Assembly: GCA_965201075.1 (NCBI GenBank)
Contig: CBDAVP010000016.1
Coordinates: forward strand, 124,001 to 188,000
Direction: 5' to 3'
Origin: Isosphaeraceae bacterium
GTDB lineage: Bacteria; Planctomycetota; Planctomycetia; Isosphaerales; Isosphaeraceae
DNA length: 64,000 nt
Made by a program: the position numbers and the translations under genes. The notes beneath the pieces are model-generated. The model searched no databases and was not told where the DNA came from. It saw only the letters and a list, made by a program, of their open reading frames with translations. Within the stretch, counting starts at the first letter, position 1. Each line of letters opens with the position of its first letter. Shown piece by piece: positions 1 through 10,345 of the stretch.

Positions 1-71
1 TGGGCCAGCAGGCGGGCGGGGGCCAGGCCGCCGGCCAGAAGCGACAGGAGCAGGGCCTTGCGACGGTTCAT
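1..71 (-). CDS. N-terminus of a secreted protein (partial, runs off the window start)
   Basis: Read manually: GGAGG then ATG at 71 gives MNRRKALLLSLLAGGLAPARLLAQ, a twin-Arg/signal-peptide-like start; not in the ORF track. Confidence 0.6.
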   Translation of the reverse strand, partial: MNRRKALLLSLLAGGLAPARLLA

Positions 72-430
72 GCCGGGGGCCTCCATGCCGGGCTGGCGGG
101 TCCGATCGGATCGGGGGACGGCCGGGACGCCGGCGCCGCCCGGAGCCCTCCTGGCCCGGACCCCGAAGCGGGGCGACCCTAGCCGAATCGGTCAATTCCC
201 ACAAGGCGAATGACCGCGGCCGGCAGGGCCATTTCGTTCTCACTTTGGGGGGACCAACGGGGACTGGCTCCGCCGGTGCCAGCCCCCTTTTGCCGACTCA
301 TGTCCCTCCCACTCCGCCCACCGGGCCCCGGAATGGGGGAGAGGCACCGGCGGAGTACCGCCAAGAGCCAGTCCCCCATTGCAAGGCCAATGGAGAAATC
401 AACGGCCCTGCCGCGGCCGGGGTTCCTGGG

Positions 431-1039
431 TTACTTGGCTGGCGCGGCGGGTGCCTCGGGCTCGCCTTCGTAGGGGCGGGCGGCCCGGTGGTTGGCGACC
501 CACTGGCCGTCGCCGTCGAACTGGCGGGCGCCGGCGTCTCCGTAGCGGGCGAACGCGACGCCCGTGGCCTGGTGGAGCATCGCCAGCCATTTGCCGTCCA
601 GACCCAGGCCAAACGGCGGCTTGTCGTCGGGCTTGATTGTCGAAAACAAGTCTTTGTGAACCGGCGCCGTCGCCATCCCCAGCAGAAGCATTCCCATCAG
701 CACCGCGGCACAGCCGAAGCCCATCACCACGCGACCGAGCAACTCGACGATCTTGGGGAAGCGGACGTCGCGCTTGGCGACCAACAAGGTGATGTTGCGG
801 AGGATGATGAACGAAATCAGCATCAGGCCGAAGAGGCTGAACATGTCGGCCGAGCCCGAAAGGTTGGGCACCGCGTCGGCCAGCATCTTGGCCAGGGGCT
901 CGTAGTAGCTGAAGGCGATCAACCCGGAGAAGATGACGTTCATCAGCATCAGCGTCGCGCCGAAGAACCCCTCGGCCATCAGGGAGTAGCCGATGCCCAG
1001 GGTGATGACGAGGATCAGACCTTGGATCGCGGAAGCCAT
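431..1039 (-). CDS. CvpA (colicin V production)-like membrane protein
   Basis: Four hydrophobic segments, IAFSYYEPLA motif typical of the CvpA family. Confidence 0.7.
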   Translation of the reverse strand: MASAIQGLILVITLGIGYSLMAEGFFGATLMLMNVIFSGLIAFSYYEPLAKMLADAVPNLSGSADMFSLFGLMLISFIILRNITLLVAKRDVRFPKIVELLGRVVMGFGCAAVLMGMLLLGMATAPVHKDLFSTIKPDDKPPFGLGLDGKWLAMLHQATGVAFARYGDAGARQFDGDGQWVANHRAARPYEGEPEAPAAPAK

Positions 1040-1066
1040 CGGACGGTTCCCCTTGCGGGCGGTCGA

Positions 1067-1091
1067 GTTCGGTTCGGTTCGGTTCGGTTCG
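1067..1091. repeat. (GTTCG)x5 microsatellite
   Basis: Direct reading of gttcg gttcg gttcg gttcg gttcg in the gspE-cvpA spacer. Confidence 0.9.
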
Positions 1092-1099
1092 AGGTTTGG

Positions 1100-2866
1100 T
1101 CAGCCGACGATCCGTCTCAGTTCGTCGATGGAGGTGTGGCCCTGGAAGACCTGACGGAGGCCGTCCTCGTGCAGGTAGATCATGCCGTTCTTGCGGGCCT
1201 CGGCCTTGATGGCGTTGATCGAGGGATTCTCGCGGATCAGGTCTCGGAGGCCGTCGGTGATGACCAACAATTCGAAGATCCCGGTCCGGCCGACGTAGTG
1301 GGTGTCGTCGCAGTCGGGGCAGGGTTCTCGGGGTTCTTCGGGGTTGGGCGTGGGGGGTCGGTAGAAGACGTCGACCTTGTCGGCTGGGAGGTTAGCCTTT
1401 TTGAGGAACTCGGGCTTGGGCTTGTAGGGTTCCTTGCAGGTCTCGCACAGCACACGGACGAGGCGTTGGCTGATGATCGCCGTCAAGGCGCCGGCCAATA
1501 GGGGCGGCTCGACACCCAGGTCGATCATGTGCATCAAGGCCTTGGTGGTGTCCTCGGCCGGGACCGCCGAGAGGACCAGGCATTTGGTAGTGGCGGCCTG
1601 GCAAGCGATGGTGGCGGTCTCGGCGTCGCGCAGCTCGCTAATCATCAGGACTTCGGGTTCGGTGCGGATCAAGGAGCGCAGGGGCTCGGCGAAGGTCTCG
1701 CCGTTCTTGGTGCTTACCTCGGTCTGCTGGACGTTGTCGACCTTGGCCTCGATCGGTTCTTCCAGGGAGCAGACGTTGACCTGGAAGCGGTCGGTCTCCC
1801 GCATGCAGGCATAAAGGATGGTGGACTTGCCGGCGCCCGCGGGCCCGCAGGCCAGGAACATGCCCCGAGGTTGTTTGACGATTTCTTTCAGTTCGGCGGC
1901 GAGTTTGGGTCGCATTCCCAGTTCGTCGAGCTTGGTGACGGCGGGGACGTCGAGGATGCGCATCGTTAGACGCTCGCCCCCCTTGGTGCCGCTGGTCTCG
2001 ACTCGAAGCTCGACGTCGCGGCCCTCGACCTTGGCGCCGAGGGTGCCCTCCTGGGGCTTGCGGCGGTCGTTGACGTCGAGCGCCGAGAAAATTTTGAAGA
2101 TGGTGGTGATGGCGTCGCCGGTCTCTCGGTCGAAGGGGTCGGCCGCGTGCGAGACGCCGTCGATGCGGAACTTGACGGTGGTCTCCTCGACGCCGGGGTC
2201 AAGCTGGATCTCGGTCGCCCGGCGGTCGATCGCGTCGAAGACGACCTCTTTCGCCAGGTCGAACGCCTCGGACTCGCGTGCCTGGAGCAGCAATTCCGGC
2301 TCGATCTGGTCGGCCTTGACCTTGGGGAAGAACTCCAGGGGCGGGCCGGTGTCCAGTTCCTCGGCGGTCTTGTTAAACGGCTTGCCCAGACCGATCTTCG
2401 AGAACAGGCCGTTGGCCAGCGTGCCGAAGTGGTAGCCGGTCATCACTCGGTCTTCCACGACCAGTTCGACGTTGCGTATGTTGATGTAAATAAAGAGGGG
2501 GACCAGCCAGGCCAGCGCGAGCAGGATGATGCCGACGATGTAGATCGGCACGACCCACAGGACGGCGAAGGCAACCAGGAACGGGAAGAAGTTAATGCTG
2601 GGCCACTTGGAGAAGTCCTGGCGGATGTTCATCGGGTCGTGGGTGTCAATTTCGACCCACGAGGTGGTCCAGGCCCAGAGCAGGAACAGGAGGACGACCG
2701 GGACGAACTTGAAGGCGTTGAGGTACGAGCCCGGCCCGCGGACGACGCTTTCCGCCTGGGCCAGCAAGGGGCCAGGCGGCAGGAAGAACGCCGCGGCGCC
2801 GGCGTCATTGGCCAGGCCCAGGACCAGCAGGGCGAGAATCGCGAAACCGAGGCGCGGGCGGGTCAT
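1100..2866 (-). CDS. GspE/PulE-family secretion/pilus ATPase with N-terminal membrane segments
   Basis: Walker A GPAGAGKST, Asp box SLEEPIE, QRLVRVLC..CETC/CPDC zinc motif, GRTGIFELL; start chosen at MTRPRLG (2866). Confidence 0.85.
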   Translation of the reverse strand: MTRPRLGFAILALLVLGLANDAGAAAFFLPPGPLLAQAESVVRGPGSYLNAFKFVPVVLLFLLWAWTTSWVEIDTHDPMNIRQDFSKWPSINFFPFLVAFAVLWVVPIYIVGIILLALAWLVPLFIYINIRNVELVVEDRVMTGYHFGTLANGLFSKIGLGKPFNKTAEELDTGPPLEFFPKVKADQIEPELLLQARESEAFDLAKEVVFDAIDRRATEIQLDPGVEETTVKFRIDGVSHAADPFDRETGDAITTIFKIFSALDVNDRRKPQEGTLGAKVEGRDVELRVETSGTKGGERLTMRILDVPAVTKLDELGMRPKLAAELKEIVKQPRGMFLACGPAGAGKSTILYACMRETDRFQVNVCSLEEPIEAKVDNVQQTEVSTKNGETFAEPLRSLIRTEPEVLMISELRDAETATIACQAATTKCLVLSAVPAEDTTKALMHMIDLGVEPPLLAGALTAIISQRLVRVLCETCKEPYKPKPEFLKKANLPADKVDVFYRPPTPNPEEPREPCPDCDDTHYVGRTGIFELLVITDGLRDLIRENPSINAIKAEARKNGMIYLHEDGLRQVFQGHTSIDELRRIVG

Positions 2867-3104
2867 CGAGGGCGAGTCTCCTGCGGTCGCCAAGGCGTTC
2901 GTCGAGGATCGGCGGACGGGGCGCGGATGGGGTTCGGCACGACCCGACGCACCGGCCGGATGGACGATGATAGCGAGGCGGGAAAGGAGGGGCAAATGGG
3001 TCGGCCGGGCGGCCAGGGTCTTTTTGCCCGTCGACCGGCCACGAATCACGGTTGGCGAGAGGACAGGGACGAACGCCCCGGGGGGCCAATCACTTACACC
3101 AGGG

Positions 3105-3575
3105 TCAGGACCAAGCCTCCGGCAACTCACTGAGGAATTTCTGGAGGGAGGCGCGGGCGAGGTCGAGTGTCATCGGCCCCGGGTCGTCATCCGACTCGTG
3201 TGCCCAGAAGTTGCGGACCTGCCGCACCTTGTGGGCCCTGTCGCGGTCCGTCATCGGAATCCCCCGGTTCCGCTTCCCGCCGATCTCGTCGATCATGACC
3301 GAAGCGTCGGTCCTACGGGTCGAGTCGTTGTGCTTGGACCGATCGTACGACCGTAGAGCCGCCTCGAACGCCGCGAAGAGGCGGACGATGAAGGTCCCTT
3401 CGAGGTTCCGGTGCGCATCTCCGAGGTTATCGCGGGCCGTTCCTTCGAGCTGGTTGCGAAGTTCTGGGTTGGCTTGCAAGGCGGCCCGTAGCCGGTCGAC
3501 GGCGGTCCGGGTCGCCTTGTATTCGCCCCAAACCTCGGTGATGTGCTAGTGGAAGTCAGAGCGACGGTACGGCAT
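3105..3575 (-). pseudogene. HEPN-like protein (RNFWAH) with in-frame TAG at codon 10
   Basis: GGAG + ATG at 3575 reads MPYRRSDFH*HITEVWGEYKATRTAVDRLRAALQANPEL..., in frame with ORF 3105..3479; TAG at 3546-3548; RxxxxH motif in a helical protein. Confidence 0.55.
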
Positions 3576-3975
3576 GCTCCGCGATCGCGTCCATCAAATG
3601 GTTGAGCGTGTCGTGTGAGAAGGGCGCCCACCGACCCTCTTCAGCGAGTCTTTCGTCCTCCGGCTCGGGCAGGAAGCCGGAATCGATGGACCAATGGCCA
3701 CCCTCGCTGTAGAACGTCGCCAGGGGGTCGAATGTCGGCATCAGGTAGAGGTCAACGGCCGCCTCGGCTCCGGGGATGTCGTATCCGGTCGGGTCGAGGC
3801 TGAGCCGGACCGGCCCCTTCTGAAGGGTCAGGAACGGGATCTCGTACACGGTCCTGTCCGCGTCCCGCATCTTCTTCACGTAGCGTTTCTTGACCCACTC
3901 GGGATCGTCAAGGTCGCCCTCAATCCGCGTGATCAAGGTCTCGATCAACGTCGCGAATTCCGCCCGATTCGGCAT
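3556..3975 (-). CDS. hypothetical protein, overlapping the downstream HEPN-like gene
   Basis: Globular 139-aa product from MPNRAEF (ATG 3975); 20-nt overlap with the next gene's start. Confidence 0.7.
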   Translation of the reverse strand: MPNRAEFATLIETLITRIEGDLDDPEWVKKRYVKKMRDADRTVYEIPFLTLQKGPVRLSLDPTGYDIPGAEAAVDLYLMPTFDPLATFYSEGGHWSIDSGFLPEPEDERLAEEGRWAPFSHDTLNHLMDAIAEHAVPSL

Positions 3976-4043
3976 CTCACGACCCCCTTGTTCCACAACC
4001 CCTTCGGCAAAAGCGGCGTGAGGACGCTTCGGCGGCAGAGACT

Positions 4044-5249
4044 TTAGAGGATACCGGGCTGGGCGATGGTGATTCCCTTGAGGGCCATCTTCAGGACCTC
4101 GACACTGGGGGCGACCTCGAAGGCCGTGGCCCGCTCGATCTTCTCGGCGACAACGAGTTGGCGGAGGCTTTCGTTGAAGTCCATCATCCCCTCGTCCTTG
4201 CCGATGCGAATCGCGTCGGAGAGCTTGGTGTCTTCCTCGTTGAGGATCAGCTTGCGCACGGTGGGGTTGGTGCGCATGATCTCGTTGGTCGGCACACGGG
4301 TCTGACCGGTCTTGGCGGCCCATTCCTTGGTGGTGGGCAGCAGCTTCTGGGCGATGACGGCCTTGAGGTTGAAGGCCATGTTCTGACGAAGGGGGGCGTG
4401 CATCTCTCGGGGAAATAGGTCGAGGATTCGGGAGATGGTGGACGAGGCGCTGGAGGCGTGAATGGTCCCGAAGACCAGGTGGCCAGTCTCGGCGGCGTGG
4501 AGGGCGGCGCTGAAGGTGTCCTGGTCACGCATTTCGCCGACGAGGATGATGTCGGGGTCCTGGCGGACGGCGTGCTTCAGCGCCGTGTGCCAGTCGCAGA
4601 CGTCGATGCCGACTTCTCGCTGGTTGATGATCGATTTGTCGTCCCGGAAGGTGAATTCGATGGGGTCCTCGATGGTGACGATGTGCATCCGCTCTCGACT
4701 ATTGATGTAGTTGAGCATCGAGGCGATCGTCGTGCTTTTGCCCGAGCCGGTGACGCCCGCCAGGATGATGATGCCCTGCTCATAGTCGCAGATCTCGGCC
4801 ATGATCGGCGGGAGGCCGAGGCCGGCGAAGTCGGGGATCATGTTGTTGACGCGGCGGGCGACCAGGCTGAGGCGGCCCCTTTGTTTGAAAAGGTTGACGC
4901 GGAAGCGGGTTTCCAGGTCGCCGTCGTAAACGATGTGGGCGAAGTCGACGCCGCCGTCCTCTTCCAGAATCTGCTTCTGCCGCTCGGTGAGGATCGGGAA
5001 CATGAGGCGGATCATGTCCTCGGTCGTCAACGGGGGCAGTTGCATTTGCCGGAGGACGCCCGCCAGTCGCATGGAGGGGGCCAGGCCGACCTTGAGGTGC
5101 AGGTCGGACCCCTTGTGCTTCATGACCATGCGGAAGAGTTTATTCGCCTCGGGCTCGCCGCGGGGCTCGGCGGGGATGCCCGGCTCGGGCAACGCCTCGG
5201 CGGGGGCGAGCTTGGGGGCGGCCTTGGCTTCAGGAGCGTGCGTCGACAT
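4044..5249 (-). CDS. pilT: PilT/PilU type IV pilus retraction ATPase
   Basis: [43 protein letters not shown]. Confidence 0.92.
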   Translation of the reverse strand: MSTHAPEAKAAPKLAPAEALPEPGIPAEPRGEPEANKLFRMVMKHKGSDLHLKVGLAPSMRLAGVLRQMQLPPLTTEDMIRLMFPILTERQKQILEEDGGVDFAHIVYDGDLETRFRVNLFKQRGRLSLVARRVNNMIPDFAGLGLPPIMAEICDYEQGIIILAGVTGSGKSTTIASMLNYINSRERMHIVTIEDPIEFTFRDDKSIINQREVGIDVCDWHTALKHAVRQDPDIILVGEMRDQDTFSAALHAAETGHLVFGTIHASSASSTISRILDLFPREMHAPLRQNMAFNLKAVIAQKLLPTTKEWAAKTGQTRVPTNEIMRTNPTVRKLILNEEDTKLSDAIRIGKDEGMMDFNESLRQLVVAEKIERATAFEVAPSVEVLKMALKGITIAQPGIL

Positions 5250-6039
5250 GGTCGGGGCCTCCGCCGTCCGCCGTCCGTCTCACGGTGACGCCGTGGCGGG
5301 CGAGGTACTCTTTGGTTTGAGCGATGGTGAACTGGCGATAATGAAAGATGCTGGCCGCCAGCGCCGCGTCGGCGCCCCCTTCGACCAGTGCTGCCCGCAA
5401 GTGCTCGGGAGAGCCGGCGCCTCCGGAGGCGACCACCGGCACACCCACCGCGTCGGCCACGGCGCGGGTCATCGGCAGGTCGTAGCCGTCCTTGGTGCCG
5501 TCGGCGTCCATGCTGGTCAACACAATCTCGCCGGCGCCTAGGCGTTCGGCCTCCTGAGCCCAGGCCACGGCCTCCCAGCCAGTCGGGACCCGTCCGCCGT
5601 TGATGTGGACTTCCCAGACCTCGCGGCCGTCCTTTTGCACCCGCTTGGGGTCAACATTCACCACGATGCACTGCTTGCCAAAGCGGAGGGCGGCACGTCG
5701 GAGGAAGTCGGGGTCGCGGATCGCGGCCGAGTTGAGCGAAACCTTGTCGGCCCCGGCGTTGAGCATCGCGCGGATGTCGTCCAGGTCGCGCAGGCCGCCG
5801 CCGACGGTCAACGGCATGAAGCAGACCTCGGCCGTGCGGCGGACGACGTCATGCATGATTCCCCGCCCCTCATGGGTGGCGGTGATGTCCAGGAAGACCA
5901 GTTCGTCGGCGCCTTCGGCCTCGTAGCGGGCGGCGACTTCGACGGGGTCGCCCGCGTCTCGCAGGTTGACGAAGTTGGTTCCCTTGACCACTCGTCCCTG
6001 GTTGACGTCCAGACAGGGAATGATCCGCTTGGCCAGCAT
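5230..6039 (-). CDS. hisF: imidazole glycerol phosphate synthase cyclase subunit
   Basis: [44 protein letters not shown]. Confidence 0.98.
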   Translation of the reverse strand: MLAKRIIPCLDVNQGRVVKGTNFVNLRDAGDPVEVAARYEAEGADELVFLDITATHEGRGIMHDVVRRTAEVCFMPLTVGGGLRDLDDIRAMLNAGADKVSLNSAAIRDPDFLRRAALRFGKQCIVVNVDPKRVQKDGREVWEVHINGGRVPTGWEAVAWAQEAERLGAGEIVLTSMDADGTKDGYDLPMTRAVADAVGVPVVASGGAGSPEHLRAALVEGGADAALAASIFHYRQFTIAQTKEYLARHGVTVRRTADGGGPDHVDARS

Positions 6040-6194
6040 CGGCGGTCCCGTGTTTGGCCCGGCGCGCGGGCGGCCGAACGACCCGGGAGAGAGGTGAACC
6101 CCGGGACTTCACTCCCTATCATAGCGGCGAAGGATGGGTGATCCTAGCGACTCGGGGGATTTTCAAAAGGGTCATTTCGCGAGGAGAGGCGGGG

Positions 6195-7448
6195 ATGGGG
6201 ATCGACTTCCGGGACGAGAATCCGTTCGCCGCCCCCAAGGCCGGCAATGCCCCGGTCCGCTCCGCGCCGAGTGACCTGCCGGCAAGGGCGGATGGCACCT
6301 ATGGCGTCACCTACCAGAACACGGCCGCGGACATCGCCGCTCTGATGAATCGCCATCAGCGCAAGGGAATCATCACCGCGATCCCGCTCCTCGTCCCCCT
6401 ACTGATCGTGGGGATTGGGTTGGTAATGGCCTGGCAAGGGCCCCCGCGGGTACGCCTGACGGTGTCGGTGATCTCTTTGGCCTGGGGGCTGATGATCTGG
6501 GTCCTGTTTCGGTGGTCGAGGCGCCGGCTCACGGCGAAAATGGCCAGGACGTTCCACCAGCGTCCCCAACAGAGCGTCGAGATCGGTCCCCAGGGCGTGA
6601 CCGTCCGGCTGGCCGGGGGGGCCGAGGCGCGAAGTCCCTGGAGGGGGATGGGCGCGGTGGAGGTCGCCGAGGCCGGGCTGTTCCTGTACGACGCCAAGTC
6701 GCGGCCCGCGGCGCCCATGGCCCACATCGTCCCTCGACGCGCCTTCGACACGCCCGAGGCGTTCGCCACGTTCTCCGAGGCGGCGGCCCGCTGGCGTCGA
6801 GTGGCGTCCGACCTGACGGCCGGGTCGACCCCCGCCCCGCCCGCCAGGACTGCCGGGGGTCTGTCGGTGACCTATCTCCCGACGCTGGATGAGCGCCGCG
6901 CGGCCCAGCGACGGGGGCGGTCGCAGTATGGCAAGTTGTGGAGGACACTCCTGGGAAACAGCCTCGTGGTACTGGTCCTCACGGTTGCGTCGATCCTCTG
7001 GCTGGTCTCGGCGTGGCGATCGTCGAGGGGACGTTGGGCGGCCGTTGTCCCTCCGGCAGCGCTGGTCGTCGTGAATTTACTGCTGGCGGCGTCGACGTCC
7101 AGGGCCTGGCGGATCGTGCTGTTCGGCGTGCCCGAGAGCGACGGACCGCCGGCCCCGATCACGGTGACCATCAGCCCGGAAGGCTGCGCCGTGAGCCACG
7201 ACGGCGGGACGGCTTCGTTCGTCCCCTGGTGGCACTACGCGGCGGTCGGCTCGGACAGGGCGTCGCTGACCCTGACCCTTCGTCCGCAAAGCACTCAGAT
7301 GCGCGCCGGCCCGACCACCGCCATCCCCCGACGCGCCTTCGCCGACCCCGAAGAAGTCGAGTCGTTCCTCGACGCGGCCCGAACCTGGCACGCTGAGGCC
7401 CAAAAGGTGAAAGCCGGAGCGGCGAACGCGGGAGAGCCCACGCCATGA
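6195..7448 (+). CDS. YcxB-like membrane protein with two repeated modules (paralog 1)
   Basis: Start MGIDF after GGAG; twice [2 TM + beta domain ending (I)PRRAF]; N-terminal NPFAAP. Confidence 0.65.
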   Translation: MGIDFRDENPFAAPKAGNAPVRSAPSDLPARADGTYGVTYQNTAADIAALMNRHQRKGIITAIPLLVPLLIVGIGLVMAWQGPPRVRLTVSVISLAWGLMIWVLFRWSRRRLTAKMARTFHQRPQQSVEIGPQGVTVRLAGGAEARSPWRGMGAVEVAEAGLFLYDAKSRPAAPMAHIVPRRAFDTPEAFATFSEAAARWRRVASDLTAGSTPAPPARTAGGLSVTYLPTLDERRAAQRRGRSQYGKLWRTLLGNSLVVLVLTVASILWLVSAWRSSRGRWAAVVPPAALVVVNLLLAASTSRAWRIVLFGVPESDGPPAPITVTISPEGCAVSHDGGTASFVPWWHYAAVGSDRASLTLTLRPQSTQMRAGPTTAIPRRAFADPEEVESFLDAARTWHAEAQKVKAGAANAGEPTP

Positions 7449-8749
7449 CCGTCCAGGGCATGACGAAGCCGGACGACGACGATCATTACTACGCCGCTCC
7501 AAGGTCAACCGACCCAACCGCCCGCGATCGCGACGAAGCCGAGGCGGTTGACCCCGACGAGGTCCATGAGGTCCGCTATCGACTGGAACCTCAGGACGCC
7601 GAGGCATTCCGCAAGGCCCACCAGCAGGCGATCACCGGCGGCTCGTCGTTGGCCTCGAAGCCTCCTCCGAAGTCGTGGCGGTCGGGGGGGCGACTCGCGT
7701 TCGCGGTCGGGATCATCGCCCTTGGGATCTATCTGCTGAACTCGGGAATGCAGGGAGGCGGGGGCCCCGGCCTGTCCCCGTGGCTCCCCATCGAATTACT
7801 CATGGGCCTGGGAGTGTCGATGGGCCTGCTCATGCTGCTGGGTTGGCGGGTCCGTCGTCAGCAGCGGCGGGCGGGTCGACAGTTGGTGAACGTCCCGGAG
7901 CAATGGTTGCGGATCACCTGGGCCGGGGTGGAGGGAACCAGCGGCGATGGGTCGCGGTCCTGGCGGCCCTGGGAAACGGTTCCCAAGGTTGTGATGACCG
8001 AGGCGGTCGTGTTGCTGTATATCACCAGTCCGAAGTCCGATCGGCCCGTCGCGCTGACGGTCCCCCGACGGGCCTTCGCCAGCGACGAGGCGTCGACGGC
8101 CTTTGGCAAGGCGGCCCGTTACTGGTCGGCCACGGCGGCCCGGGAGAGTCTGGCGTCGGCCGACGGGTTTCCTTCGCGTGGGATCCCCGAGGGTGGAACG
8201 CGGCTGCGCTATGAACTTGACGAGAGCGAACGATGGGCCCAGGCCCGGGCGAACCGGCCGCTGGTTCCCGGGGCGCGTCGCGGGGCCGCGATCACGACGC
8301 TTTTGACGGCCGGGTGTCTGCTGGTCGTGGCCTGGAACGCGCCGGACGCCCTAGGTGGCGGAGGTCGAGCCGTGGCGGCGATGTTCCGAGGAGGCTTCGC
8401 CCTCCTGGGAGTCGTCGTTTTCGGCCATTTTGCCCGGACGACCTGGAGACTGAGCCTGTTTGGTCCGCGCCCCGATTCGACATCGGCCGGGCCGGTCGAA
8501 CTGGCCGCCGGACCCGCGGAACTGACCATGCATACGGCCCGCGGAGAGACGGGAACGCCCTGGTCCCGCCTCTACGCCGTCAAGGCCGACAACCGCTTCG
8601 TCCACCTGACTCATCGGAGTTACGACCGGGAACACCCCGTCGGAGAAACCCTCTGCATTCCCCTGCGCGCTTTCGCGTCGGTCGAGGCCCGCGAGACATT
8701 CGTCGCCGAAGTCGGCCGCTGGATCGCCCAGGGCACGCCCTCGAACTGA
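7445..8749 (+). CDS. YcxB-like membrane protein (paralog 2)
   Basis: ATGA overlap with paralog 1; YYAAP start; VPRRAF and IPLRAF modules. Confidence 0.65.
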   Translation: MTVQGMTKPDDDDHYYAAPRSTDPTARDRDEAEAVDPDEVHEVRYRLEPQDAEAFRKAHQQAITGGSSLASKPPPKSWRSGGRLAFAVGIIALGIYLLNSGMQGGGGPGLSPWLPIELLMGLGVSMGLLMLLGWRVRRQQRRAGRQLVNVPEQWLRITWAGVEGTSGDGSRSWRPWETVPKVVMTEAVVLLYITSPKSDRPVALTVPRRAFASDEASTAFGKAARYWSATAARESLASADGFPSRGIPEGGTRLRYELDESERWAQARANRPLVPGARRGAAITTLLTAGCLLVVAWNAPDALGGGGRAVAAMFRGGFALLGVVVFGHFARTTWRLSLFGPRPDSTSAGPVELAAGPAELTMHTARGETGTPWSRLYAVKADNRFVHLTHRSYDREHPVGETLCIPLRAFASVEARETFVAEVGRWIAQGTPSN

Positions 8750-8929
8750 ATCCCATGCGATTGATCGGTGGCGAGCTATCCCCGCCCAGGCCCTCGTCGA
8801 CGCGGGGGCAGTCGGGTAACGGCGCCAGGAATGGTTAGCCCTGGAGTTTGATCGGGAAGTGGGGGGACGAACACCGTTCCAACGGCTGGCTTCGAGAGCA
8901 AATCGGGAAACCGCGGAGGGCTTCACGCG

Positions 8930-10345
8930 ATGACGGTTCCCAGGCGTCAGGGTCTGACTCGTCCCAACGATGAGGACCACGTTTACGCCGCTCCAAGATC
9001 GTCCGATCCTACGGCCCGCGACCGTGACGAGGCGGACCCTGTCGACCCCGACGAAGTCCACGCGGTCCGCTACCGACTGTGCCCCGAGGACATGGAGGCG
9101 TTCATCAGGGCCCACCACCAACGGGCCCTGGGCGGTCGCGAGACCGTGGGCGGGATGAAAGCGGTGTTCCGGCTGGCGGGGCTGTTCGCGATCCTCGGCG
9201 GCGGGGCGGGCGCCGGCGTGGTCTTCTTCCTGATGCCGCCCCAAATTCGAGCCTCCTCGTACTCCGTCTTCTGGTCGATCGGGATCGGGGGCGGATTCGT
9301 CCTGCTCGCGGTCGGCGTCGGGGTACCCCTGGCCTTGCTCCTGTTGGGGGGCCTCCGCCTGTTGCAGTGGATGGCTCGTCTCTCTCGACGGCGGGCGGGC
9401 CGGGCGTGGGCCAACCGGCCGGAACAGTCGTTGAAGATCAGCCGCACCGGGGTGGAAGGCGTCGACGGCGCCGGGGTGCGGTTCCGGAGCGATTGGGGGA
9501 CGATTCCCGAGGTCGTAAGGACCGACGCGATCCTATTGCTTTACGTGACCCAAAGAAAGGCCGACCGCGCCCTCGCCCTGTTGGTCCCGAGGCGGGCCTT
9601 CGCCAACGACGAGGCGGCGGCGGCCTTCGGCAAGGCGGCGCTTTACTGGTCGGCCACGGCGGATCGGGGAGGGTCGGCGTCGACCGTCGAGCCTCGGGAG
9701 CGGCCCTTGCCTCCGGGGGCCATCTTCCTGCGCTACGAACTCGACAAGGCCGAGCGGAGGGCCGAGTCCCGGGCCAATCGGTCACAGGTTTCGGCGGCTT
9801 GGCGAGGGGTCGCGATTTTTATCCCGCTGACCGTCGTGTCGGGGGTCCTCCTGGCGAGCCACGCTCCGACGGCCCTTCAGCAAAGGGGGCAAGACCTGGC
9901 GGTCATCGTCAGCATCTTCAGCCTGTTCGGCGTCATTTTTTTCGGCTATTGGGGGAGGAGAGCGGTCCGCCTCGCTGTGTTCGGCCCACGTCCCGACCCG
10001 TCGACGTTCGGTCCCCTGGAGCTAACCGCCGCTCCCGATGCGCTGCGCGTGGAGCGAGACGGCGGCCAGGTCGGGGAGACCCCCTGGTCTCGGCTCCTCG
10101 CGGTCCGGGTCGACGACCGTTTCGTGAAGCTCACCTTCCGGAGTTTTGACGAGACGCGTCCCGCCGGAGACGTCTTGTGCGTGCCAAGAAGGGCCTTCGC
10201 CTCGGCCGAGGCCCGCGAGGCGTTCGTCACCGAAGTCGGCCGCTGGATCGCCAAGTCCGCGCCTTCAGACGAATCTCCCCGCGGGTTATCGTCCGAGAGC
10301 CTCCCCCCCGCCCAGGACCTCGACGACGCGGCGGCAGTCGGGTAG
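8930..10345 (+). CDS. YcxB-like membrane protein (paralog 3)
   Basis: N-terminus nearly identical to paralog 2 (YAAPRS.DPTARDRDEA..VDPDEVH.VRYRL); two VPRRAF modules. Confidence 0.65.
   Translation: MTVPRRQGLTRPNDEDHVYAAPRSSDPTARDRDEADPVDPDEVHAVRYRLCPEDMEAFIRAHHQRALGGRETVGGMKAVFRLAGLFAILGGGAGAGVVFFLMPPQIRASSYSVFWSIGIGGGFVLLAVGVGVPLALLLLGGLRLLQWMARLSRRRAGRAWANRPEQSLKISRTGVEGVDGAGVRFRSDWGTIPEVVRTDAILLLYVTQRKADRALALLVPRRAFANDEAAAAFGKAALYWSATADRGGSASTVEPRERPLPPGAIFLRYELDKAERRAESRANRSQVSAAWRGVAIFIPLTVVSGVLLASHAPTALQQRGQDLAVIVSIFSLFGVIFFGYWGRRAVRLAVFGPRPDPSTFGPLELTAAPDALRVERDGGQVGETPWSRLLAVRVDDRFVKLTFRSFDETRPAGDVLCVPRRAFASAEAREAFVTEVGRWIAKSAPSDESPRGLSSESLPPAQDLDDAAAVG

Noticed and set aside
3546..3548. 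Pyrrolysine recoding of the TAG
   Set aside because: No pyl genes or methyltransferase context; nonsense mutation or sequencing error is more parsimonious
8845..8854. GAGTTTGATC resembling the 16S 5' primer site
   Set aside because: 10-nt match only, with no rRNA continuation
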